DNA of 64,000 nt from Yuukianura sp. NJ FZ-2021 (taxonomy: Eukaryota). The DNA is taken from assembly GCA_046563655.1 (NCBI GenBank), contig CM102285.1, positions 5,332,001-5,396,000 on the forward strand. The letters are read 5' to 3'. Both the position numbers and the translations under genes were made by a program. Numbering within the stretch: position 1 is the first letter of the stretch; each line of letters begins with the position of its first letter. Positions 9,980 through 20,692 of this stretch are shown piece after piece. The notes beneath the pieces are model-generated. The model had not been told where the DNA came from, made no database searches, and worked only from the letters and a program-made list of their open reading frames with translations.

Positions 9980-12566
9980 CACATGAGGAGTCAAAACCAC
10001 AAGCACAAAATCAAGAAATTCTAAAAGTGCTATTTTGACAAAGAGTCTTACTAAAACCGCTAACACCAACTCCCTAAATTCATACCTTGTAAAATTATGT
10101 TTTGAGAAAAACTGCAGACAGCTGAAAATAAATTGGTAGAAAGTTTTGTAAAGAAAATTTATTAGAACTAGTTTTTTTCGTAAAATGATCAAAGCCACGG
10201 ACGAAAAATTAGTGTCATAGTATGTATAGATGTTTTAAAAGTCGTTAAGCCATAGCCATTTTTTTTAAAGATTCCATTTGAAACAATCAACGGATGCTGA
10301 TCGAAAGGGGAGGAGGATCGTTGGGAAGTAGGGAAGTAGGTAGTGGGAACCTAACCTGCACAAAATCTTTTAATTGGTCATTTCCGGTCTCTAAATTAAC
10401 TGACCATTTCTGGTGTACAACAAACGTCATAGGTCTAGGAGCAATAAGGCACTAACTAGTCATTTACGGTAGACCAAGGCACTTCAAGAGGTATATAAAC
10501 AGCAGAGGCTGGGATCTAAGGGTGTTGGATTTTCCCTATTCTCATCTTGTACGTTACCCTTTAACAATTACGGAAACCATAAAAGTATGATAACTGACCA
10601 GTTGCTGTATATCTGTAAGACATAGCGTCATCCTCTTTGGGATTTAAACTACAGCCCGATCAATTAATACACCGTTACTAAGAATTCCAATTCTCACGGC
10701 CCGTCCTTTCACAGGATATTTCATTGTCGGTCCCATCCATCATATTCATGTGATTCATGTTCGGCCGATGCTCGGATATCCTTATCCAACTTGCGTTGTC
10801 TTATGGTCGCTCATATTGGAGAGACTAACTGTCCTCTTGACTTCGGTCATCTTGGATTTTCTTCAGACATTTCTGACACGTCTCAAATAGTCATTAATAT
10901 GTGTCGTGGTTCTCCCACAGGAAGGAGAATTACTGCAAAAGAAACAAAACCCCTTCACAGGATTCAAGGGTTTTTCCCAAAATTCCACCAGTTCGGCTAA
11001 ATTCAATATTTGAATGTTAGCCGTCACATTTAAATGTTCCAAGTGAATTAAAAACAAAGTTCACAAGAGCATTTTCTGTGTTACCACTCAACACCCGGAA
11101 TTGCGGTGGTATAATTATCTTGTGGTTTCATTACTTAAAGGATTAAGTGGACATCTCGTTTCATGGTAGTGCCCAGAACGGTAGAAACCTTCCCTAGGCC
11201 TCCGGTTTTCTTAACAAAAAAAAAACGCGTACGTTAATTCGACTTGTAGACAAAAAGTATGCCTATGAGCGCATGCTTAATTTCATTAGCTACTTTTACA
11301 CGCACAAAAAAAAACTAGTGGGAGCTAGGGTTGATTATTTTAAGCCTATAAGTCCAGACACTCATCCAGTGGTCGGGAAATTTTCGTTACGTAGTTGTAA
11401 ATTTGTAAATTCTAGCAACCTCAGACAGCGAGGCATGAATAATGGGTAGTCGTACATTTCCTATTACGCCCGGTGTGAGTCGCCAGGTTCCCTGGGCACA
11501 TGGCACTCACGGAGACCTGGTAAAGAAATACAATACCCCCCAAATTATAAAAGAAATCACTTAGCATTTTTGCTTCATCTAACTATTGCAGGATGGTTAG
11601 GTTAACCTAACCTAACCTTTTAAGTCACTTATTAGTGGGAACGCCGTTCTTTACTCATGACTGGGCCGCGTTTGCTGGGCTATTTATGCAGAAGGCGGGA
11701 AATCCAATCACACTGGAAATGAATGCTCTTGTTAATCTTGTAAAGTTTGAAGTGCGGCGCCATAGGTGCGCTTTTTAGACTGAGCGGGTCTTGTTCGCGG
11801 GAAACCGACCATGGGCGTCGGTAGACGACAGACGACCAAGGTTATGCGCTTTAATACATAAAAAGAGTCTTGAGGAATTTCTAAGAATTAATGAAGTGGA
11901 GGCGGCGACTGTCAACGTTCATCGTTGGATAGAGGAGGAGCGAACCATCGCACTATCTGATAATGCAGCCGAAGGGGAGGAAATGGTGCCGGTATCATAC
12001 TCTCAAGTCTCTCTGAGACGGAGCCTGATTTAACACTTTAAAACAAATTCAATAAACATAATTCGAGTTCCTACAGGGAAATTATTAAAAACAAAAAAAA
12101 AAGGATTTTGCTGCCAACTGTATAATGCTAACCTGTTGCTTATCGTCTATATTTTTTCAAGACGTCTGGGATAATGACTGGTAAGCTACTTTTTAAATTT
12201 AATTCTGTGACTAATTTTTTTCCTCTTAGGAAACCACTATGAGGAACAGGTAGAACGTCTTCTGGGTGCAATGCTGGTAATGATCAACTGGAACGGTCCG
12301 GTTACTATGGAAGGAGTAACTGGTCTAACCTCACATACTACCGGGAACATCCGCAACACTGCGCAAAAGCGGTAACCTTTATCGCAGTTATTGGAAAACG
12401 GAATTGTGTGATGGGCTGTCATTCGACGAGCTTTTTAAATCACAAATTGACAACAGCCACACTTCCCATCTTACAATTTATGATGAGGCGGCAATGTTCA
12501 TTAAAAATTTTTTGGGTGAATTACTGCAGGAAACTTATGAAGCAAATAAATAAAAACTTAGTCCAT

Positions 12567-12960
12567 TGTAGCACCAGCACTTAGTTCACTCAATTGTTGC
12601 ACTTGAACTGCTCAACTTTCACTTAGTTACTAAGAGGGACTTACAACAACGCCAATTTCGTTCGGAGTGAAAACCACAAGGCCAATTGGCCACAAGGCCA
12701 AGTGATAGAAAATTATTAATTAATTTTTATCCAATTAGCAGAACCACAGCCAACGCCGGTAATCGGTGTAGGGACCAAAAACTGTTATCCTCTACCTGTA
12801 ATTAACAAGCACTTAGCAACCTTAATTGGCTAATTAAGCACCTAGCATAAATACTGTTCAGTCACTGCTTAGAAAGAAGAGAGGACAGAAGTCAGTAAGT
12901 CAGTAAGAGGACCAGCAATCAATACGTACCACTAACAGCTAAGTACCCCGGTACTTCACA
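12567..12960 (+). mobile_element. Truncated LTR (family A)
   Basis: TGTAGC start; AAAACCACAAGGCC, CCAATTAGC, CCACAGCC..GCCGGTAAT and GTCACTGCTTAGAA are shared with the LTR half at 9519-9979. Confidence 0.75.
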
Positions 12961-12982
12961 ACAAATAAACCTCGATTTAAAG

Positions 12983-14206
12983 ATGACACTGCGCTTAGAC
13001 AACAACGAGCCAATTGTTTACGTCAGAGCAAGTGAAATTCCAAAGAGCTCATTTTGCAAATTTTGGAGCAAGCTGGGCGGAGATTCCTAGTCGCCGGCTA
13101 TAGAAAACTTACGCGTGACAACCTACATCACTTTGCGCTTGGCACTGGGACTTCGGGGATTCCATAAAACAGCAACATGGAGCTGGAGCATCAGTTTATA
13201 TTTTCTGAAAATCAAGTATCATTATGGACCCTAGACGCCCGTCACCCATGGCAACGGTTCATGTCGTACGAAGATATTCGGAATACAATAATCAACATTT
13301 TCAAATACTATGACATTCTGAAAGAGCCCGAATTTGAATTGTTCAAGTGGACTAGTTACATGGTTATGGACAATGCCAGCTTTCCATTTCCGGCCTCGGT
13401 AGTATTTTAAGCAGTGCACAGTGGCTAGTTTTCATCAGTCTCAACTTGTGCTTCAAGATGGAAACACCTACTTCTTCTCTTCCTGTCCTCCCAATGCACC
13501 GTACCATTACCTCCAACAACCTTGTGAATAGTGAAAGTGAAAAATCATTTCCTAGAAAAAAATTTTTACGTCTAAATTCAAAGCTTTCAACTCTGCTGTG
13601 GTGGACGTCATCGATCAAGGCCGAACTTTTGGTTTCTGGTTTTCAGGGCCAAAACGTGCGCTTCCTTTTCCTTATGAAACTTGTGCCGCACTGTGGAACC
13701 TAATGATCACAACTTCAAAAAACCCAAAGCTTCTCGAGTCGAGAATGAATATGAGGATCATGGACATGGCGGCAATTGCGCCGAATTTGGTGGAATGTGA
13801 AAACGCCCTCGTCGTGTGCCCCAGACCCTACATCATGTTCAAGGCCATGAAAAAATTTTGATTTCCGGAAAAAAGTGGTGGAGTCTTTGACGTCATCCGA
13901 AACTATCGACTATTTACTGGAGAAAACGACGAATACGAGGAGTTTAGAGTTTTGGAGGAGGAGACGACTTTGGATGCAGTGATAGATAATTTCAAATTGT
14001 ACTTTGTGGTTTCAGAGAACATTAAAAATGTGCTCGGTAGCAAATTGGAAACTTTACAAAAAGTGTCTATTGTGATTATTATTCACTACGACCAAATCCA
14101 AGTTGATCAGGTTCACAGGCTGTACGAGAAATTCAAGGAAAAGTTGGTGTTCATCGGTCATCCCATACACAGGGGGACAAACGCAAAATTGGTCATTTCT
14201 AGTTGA
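12983..14206 (+). pseudogene. Decayed ~400-codon intronless ORF of unknown function
   Basis: ATG at 12983, then successive protein-like pieces (13177-13410, 13598-13861, 13952-14206). The last two are in frame across one stop. Confidence 0.45.
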
Positions 14207-15563
14207 TAAGTGTTATCCTGTTAGCACAAGCAAATTGCAATGAAATGTACTCTAGAATATTTTTTTTTACTTTTGTAGCCTTGTAAATTGATAAACTAAA
14301 ATTGAGCCTTGTAAATTTTGTCTTTTACTTGGTTTTGTTTTAGGATAATCCATTTTATATTCTAGTGTAGTTATTCTTTTCTTTTCAAACTTTCTGTACA
14401 GCCACTCACAAAAAAAAATAAAACCCAGCGTGGGCAAAACTGTGTTTGGCTTCAAGTTTATTTTTAACTTCTTTATAAAAGTTGGCGTTTGAATTTTTTC
14501 TTTGGATGGAGTCGCACACCAGAATATGTGCCAAAGAAACTTGCATTTGCGCCTATCTGTATGTAGCTTTATTGTCGTTTGTATTTTTTGGATTAATTTG
14601 GTTTTTCACGATTCCTGGATTCTACAGTGGCTGTGGCAATGTACGTTCCAATCACAGTTGATCCAGATCATCTTCATCAGCTAACACCCTCGCAAACTAA
14701 TCAAGCACACTGCATTAAACCTAGTTAGGTCATACGGTTAGGCTAAGCACTTGGTTATGCGTTGAGCAATTGGCAAGCAATAAATCAGAACATCTTAGCA
14801 CTCGAACTTAACAAGTTATGGTGCCGAAAGATGTTCCTAGGGAAATCTAGAGTCAATCGACCAGTGTTTAAAAATCGACTGACAGTGATGCGAGAACGGG
14901 TATGTCCAAAATCCACCAAAACAAACATATTTGTTTAAATTCTGAAACCACCCGAGTATCAAAAAGAAAATTAGGCATAACTTCGGATTTCTCCGAGGGA
15001 TTACATACATCAAGAACGAGTTCTGTCAGTTCCACACACGACGTAGATATCAAAAGTGCATCACATTCGGATTAAGATCCCCTAAGCTGATTCTGTCAAT
15101 GATCATAATCTCTTAGTCGAGAACCTTCCAAGTGACTCTCACCATAAGCTGACTACACTACTGTTTCCAGTAGATATTGATCAATTGATCGAAACACGAT
15201 TAGACAACCTTATCCTTGCCTTACGCGAATGGCAGATGCCCCACGAGTCACAATAAGAATTCCGGCAATGACGTCATTGATCGACCTTATGCTTAAACCA
15301 GCCCACGACCGGAACTACGAAAGCCAAACTGTTTTCTCTAGCTTAAAATCAGTTTTCAGCGAATCTTGACACGTCGGCAGACCACGACTCAATTTGACGG
15401 AATTAGCCAAGTCAAGGATGTGATGGTGTCCAAATTAATACCCATCATCTCACATTCAACTAACCCCGTCATAATCATCTGGAATGTTAGCCTTACGATG
15501 GGAATCAGGTTTTTACTCTACAAACAGCTGCTAGCCTATCTATGTATGTGTAACAAACGATAG

Positions 15564-15790
15564 TGTACCTAGCTAATAATGCGCACTATAATCTACTTAA
15601 GCTACCTGCACGCACGCACGGAAAAAAGACGCTAATTAACTAACGTAAATTAGAGTTCCTGTTTCGACAAGTTTATGCACCACAATTAACGGAAGAATTC
15701 GCTTAGCAACACCATCACCGCCAGAAATGATTTGCTAATTAAAAGCACACCATTGGTTTAATATATAATCCCCGTTACACCGGCGTTATA
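15564..15790 (+). mobile_element. LTR-like repeat fragment (family B)
   Basis: Homologous to 19530-19750: GCACGC..GCACGGA, GCTTAGCAACACCA and TATATAATCCC..GTT.CACCGGCG. Confidence 0.55.
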
Positions 15791-16115
15791 TATATATGTT
15801 TATTGGGGGGAGCAGTCACCTATATTTAGGTGACTGACTCACGCTGAGCATTCACTTATACGAAATATTTCAACATCAACCCCTTTAGAAACAGCGTTAT
15901 TTTTTGTCCTTTGTGACCAAACACTCATTATGGTAATCCAATTGCTATCATTATACGGAGGTCGTCCGTATTCTGATAAACAAATCAGATTGGATGAGTA
16001 TTTTTTGTCTATGGACTGGTTCAAGGAGTAGTAATTTGTAACCACCACAGACTGCGAAGCTCTTACCTGCTGCTCCAAAGGATTACAGACCTCTGACTCA
16101 AGGCCAGCTTGGTAC

Positions 16116-16350
16116 TGTAACACAGCAGGCAGTTCTTGCAGAAGCGGTCGCCCCAACACACACTCCTTTATCTTGGGGTGTCCACAGAGCAGCCCCAGGA
16201 AAAGAGAGAAGTCCAGCACTTGTCTCCCTGCTTCGGGACAGGGAGAACCCACGGCCTCGACTTCTTTTTTCCTTCCCAGGGGCTGGTTGCGAACTCACGT
16301 CGGCCAGTGGAAAAGCATTGACGGCTTAACCACTGAGCCAACTCGCCCCT
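16116..16350 (-). mobile_element. tRNA-derived SINE-like or LTR-like segment
   Basis: The minus strand reads GGGGCGAGTTGGCTCAGTGGTTAAG (A box) ... GTGAGTTCGCAACC (B box-like); the segment ends TGTTACA. Confidence 0.4.
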
Positions 16351-16843
16351 GCACCGGGGTTAGAACTTAAGTATATTCTGCGCCGATTATCAGAAAACAG
16401 TGAAAAGACACGGCAAATCAGCATGGGCTTTTAGCATACTGACAAAATACCGTCCTATATTGCTACTCCGCCAGTTTGAAAAACTCGCAATAATTTGCCT
16501 ACAACAGCTTTGTTAATAGAAGAAGAACACTTCTTTGTTGTGATTTAAACAAAAACTAAACCTTTTTTTTATAGTTTGTACGTATTATCCAAGGAAAGGC
16601 AAAGGCATCTAAGTTAAGTAACTATTTTTTTTATAAATTTCGAATTTTATTTTAATTTTTAGTCCTTGATGAATTTTTTTTTCTGAATCAAACGACGCTG
16701 GGAGTTTTGGATCAGTATATAACTTTTGTAATTACTTTTTTTTTAAGTCCATTTCCTCCAGCACACAAAAAACTGAGTTACAAAAAAAGAAAGTTGTTAC
16801 ACAGTATTTTTCAAAAAAACCATAAAATGGCTTTTCTTTTCAG

Positions 16844-17160
16844 TTTTCCGCGGAACAGAAGGTTGTTGACAATATAGTATGGCTATATAAATCAGTTGCA
16901 TATCCAGATTTTGCACGTGCTGACGGACGGTTTGTTACATTTAATCGTTTCGACACGGACTGGACGATGGCTGTAGGCTGTAGTTAACAAGTTTATCAAG
17001 TATGGATTTTTTGTTAAACATTCTTATCCAAAAATTATGTTACAATGTCATCATTGTGGGGTGGAATGATTCCATGTCCTACCAAACTACAAAGCTCGGT
17101 TCCGGCACAACGGGAGACTTTGCCCCCTCGTCACAATAGATTTTTGGACTCCACCAAATT
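16844..17160 (+). pseudogene. BIR (IAP repeat)-like domain, disrupted
   Basis: Removing a 7-bp tandem duplication (GGCTGTA, ~16969-16982) gives AYPDFARADGRFVTF..KFIKYGFF..LQCHHCGVE*FHVLPNYKARFRHNGRLCPLV, i.e. C-x2-C-x16-H-x4-C. Preceded by a pyrimidine-rich CAG acceptor. Confidence 0.6.
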
Positions 17161-17334
17161 AAATTTCTAATAGGAAATGTGGGAGAGACTGCAAAATATG
17201 AAACCAAATCCTTCCCAATGGAGCAGACGTATTGATTATTCTATACTTTCATGTTGCACTCTGTACAATGCATGCGGAATTGTTTAATTTAACTTTAATA
17301 TAACTTTACTTCCACCTTTTCCTCTGCCACGTTG

Positions 17335-17620
17335 TGGACTTCCCCAGGCAGTTGGGTAGCTGGTTGTTGTACTAGGACTTGTCTAGAGGACTCACTCGCT
17401 ATCCGCGTTCGCCGTGGATGAAACCGAAGACCGATAGGTAAATTTTCCGTGAAGGAACGGTTTCAAGGACGGTGCCCATCTCCTTGGCAACGGTGTAACA
17501 ATAAACCGGGCTGCAGTACAAGAAAGTCCCAGACCCTGCAGCATGCGATCGAAGTCACCTTGAGGGCGGAGTCGCGACCACTCAAGAGAGGTGATAACGC
17601 GGGATAAGAGACTTAGGACT
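17335..17620 (-). repeat. Internal block homologous to 1-235; probable antisense ORF relic
   Basis: Shared CAGTTGGGTAGCTGG, TTCCGTGAAGGAACGG and AGTCGCGACCACTC.AGAGAGG. Minus-strand translations are SRVITSLEWSRLRPQ vs SYVIASLEWSRLHPQ. Confidence 0.65.
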
Positions 17621-17756
17621 GAGGAAGCACCCAAACCCATAAAGCAATCCCACCAACGCTGCCACGCCCATGAGCAACTGGTGAGCGCTAGCCATTCCGC
17701 CTCCGAATACCCCATAACGTTCCACCGACGGCAACTGGGTTTTCGCGAGAAACGCA

Positions 17757-18322
17757 TGTTACACCCACATTTAGAGTACTTAGAGCACTAAGACACGAGG
17801 CACTTAGTCACCAAGCACTTAGATCCCAAGCAGCAAGTGTCACTGCAAGGAAATGTTAATTAAGGCAAAACCACAAGGCCAAATGTATTAATTAATTAGC
17901 CCAATTAACCTAACCACAGCCTCTGCCGGTAATGCGGTTTGAGCCTAGAATTTTCTAGTTAACCACAGCCCTTAATTGAGCAATTAGGAGTAATTAACAT
18001 TTTAGTATAAATGCGGAAGAGGAATTGTTAGTTGGTACCTCCTAGCTGTCACCCCTTGAAGCGCAGGGTGTGCGCGGGGGAGGAGAGGTCACGATGGAGA
18101 AAGGTGAACTGCACAATAAAAAGAAGAAATAAAAATTATAGTTTCACAAGTCAAAACGGCTTAGACTGCCACCCAGGTAACCCTTACATTTAAACAAGAG
18201 AGGAACTCAAAACCGGAAGGGGAGTCCTTAAGACTCTTGATTCTTGCCGTGACTACAACGGGACTCATGCCAAGGACCCATTCTTACGGGTAATTACGAA
18301 TGACAATAAATCAGACGTAACA
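17757..18322 (+). mobile_element. Solo LTR (family A)
   Basis: Perfect TGTTAC...GTAACA ends, family core, TATAAA at ~18007 and AATAAA signals. Flanks CGCA/CGCT are a possible 4-bp TSD with one mismatch. Confidence 0.85.
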
Positions 18323-18544
18323 CGCTCAAGACAAATTTCACCGGGCGATGGCAGAGAAGATAAAAATCCAAATAAAAATACAAGGTCAGGTTAGGTTAGG
18401 CTAACCTAACCCTCCTATACCGATTTGCCTCCAATCTATTCTGTTTCCACAAGAAGGGTAATGGACCAAACAGCTTCGAGAAACCCGGCCCGGGAAAGCT
18501 TATTACCACCGTATATTTTTTGCGCGGCAACAGGGTGAAACTCC

Positions 18545-20000
18545 ATTCTTCTTTGATAGATACTGATACCGCAGATTGCTTTATCCGAGTTAAGATGACA
18601 CATCACGGCGAAAATAATAAAATTGCTTTGTAGCAGCAAATATAAAAGACATCCCGGTGATGGTTACTACACGACGTTAGAGGTTTGTAAATCGCGACTA
18701 CTTTAGGAACATGTTCAATTTAACGTGTTAAAAGAAGTCGAGGTATGGACGAACCAAATATTTTCAACCTTGAACTTGACAAAGCCTTGAGGCTAGGTAT
18801 TAACACGATCCAGCGTGCGGCAAAGGTACCAGCGGAAACTCCTGATCCGTTTTCCTATAGTGCGACGACCGTTGGTGAGACCTTACTCGCGCCTTTTTCA
18901 ACAACAATGGTACATTTGTTCCCGTCTTCCCGGCGCATTCCATCAAGGGAACGTTGGCTTTTGAACCAAACAACCCTACACTTTGCTAAGCTTGGGATCT
19001 TTCCAAATGTTGCCGATATTCCAGAGGGAGATTTCGAACCATCAATAGACAAACCACCCATGTAAATTGTATATGGAAGTTAACATTGGAATCATCTCTA
19101 CGGTAACTGTGAGAGAAACAACCTCTGATAGCGGCATCCGTAGACAACGCAGTGCCACTACAATGCAACGCAATAACAAGGTAAATAACTACCCAGACTT
19201 AAGAACTGAGTTGCCGAAGCGTCTTAGGCGCTTCATCTTCAATTATACAGATGTTTTCGCATGGGATCTCGAGCATCTGAGAGAAGCAGAGGACGTTGCA
19301 TTTAGAATTGACACTGGGGACTGACTTCCAATTAGTTGGCCCCCATACAAGGAAATGCCAACTGAGAAGAAAATCATCGAAGACGATGTAAATAAGCTAA
19401 AAGGTGTCTACTAATTAAGTAAAGATTTTTTTTCCACCACTCATTTCTATTTTTACACGAAACGTTTTACGGTTCATGAAACTGTAACAAGTCAAAAGGG
19501 TCATTTAAGGTCAACTAGCTTAATAATATGTAAAGGAAAGTTGCACCCGCACGCGTGCACGGACAGGCCGCGGTGATGGAAGAAGACAATAATTAACCGC
19601 AGTTAATTCCCGTCTTCTATTTCGACCAGCTCGTGCACCGTAATTAAATTAAAAACAGCTTAGCAACACCAGCACCATCGTAATTAAATTAAGATGATTA
19701 ATTAAGGGCACCCAATTAGCTTAGTATATAATCCCCGTTCCACCGGCGCCACGGGCTAAGTCTTTTCTGGCGGTGGAAATTGGAAAAACACTCTTCACCT
19801 ACTAATCCAGCAACGATTAAATTCGGACATTATTTGCGCTGAGCAAGAAAAAAGGTTCTGAACACAAATATTACACCATTTTATTATTAGAACCTTGGCG
19901 CTAACACATCTTATTTCATAGCAAATAAAAAATCTCTTTACTTAGTAGACACCCTTTAGTAGAACTCGGGATTATTAAGAATAGCAAATCGCCATGGCCG
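18545..20000 (+). mobile_element. Ty3/gypsy pol remnant (protease and start of RT)
   Basis: LIDTDTADCFI (degenerate aspartyl protease), then YTDVFAWD..FRIDTGD*LPISWPPYK..EKKIIEDDVNKL, which resumes after the insertion as VELGIIKNSKSPW. Confidence 0.8.
19400..19956. mobile_element. Tc1/mariner-type non-autonomous element with TA TSD, containing a family B fragment at 19530-19750
   Basis: TIR AARGGTGTCTACTAA with TA on both sides. Excision restores the pol frame KL-VELGII. Confidence 0.8.
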
Positions 20001-20692
20001 CAGGGGTTTCGAACTCACATGGAACGAAATTAGGCCTATTTTAGTTTATTTCACTTGTGTTTTTTTTTCAGTCTCAGGTGCATTGCATTTTATTGCATTG
20101 CGCGTGGAAAAACACAAGAAAGTGAAACAAATGAAAAATTTGCAAGAATTTGAAAAAAAAAACCGAAACGAAGGACTAAGGACTGCGTTGGTAAATTGCG
20201 CTCACTTCAGGCTAATTTGGCATTGCGCTTATTAGCGCTGGAATTCAGGGTAAACACTTCTGAAATTTTTCATATTGTTGCATGCCATGCAAATCTGCGC
20301 CCAAGCCTTTTAAATGTTTGTCACTAAAAGAAGATGCATTTTGTTGTTAACTGTTACGAAGTAAAAATATTGGCATTTGAGTTTCAGATACTGCTCCAAA
20401 CCTCAAACTTCAGATGAAGCTCTAAAGAGAATAAAGCTAAGAGGAAAGCTTAAAAGTTTGTCAGTAAACTTCCTATCCACTAATTTGGTGTCAACTGTCA
20501 TGTAAAATTATCACACTTAATTAACTCTGCATACCCTATGTCAAGTGCTATGGAATAGTAACTTGGAGTAAGCCAAATTAAGAATAAAAACATTAAAGAG
20601 TATGTTAGAAGTGCAGATTGGTGTCAAGATGTGCTTGGGTCAAAATGTGCTGAAACTTGTAAATGAAGGTAGTACTTGAAATGATGATGATT

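Noticed and set aside
11595..11617. Head-to-head TTAGG/CCTAA motifs (also ~18384-18411) as telomere fusion scars
   Set aside because: Only 2-3 units each. Short TTAGG runs are scattered through introns and MITEs in this window.
20001..20020. hAT-like end CAGGGGTTTCGAACTC truncating the pol remnant
   Set aside because: No matching second TIR or TSD was found.
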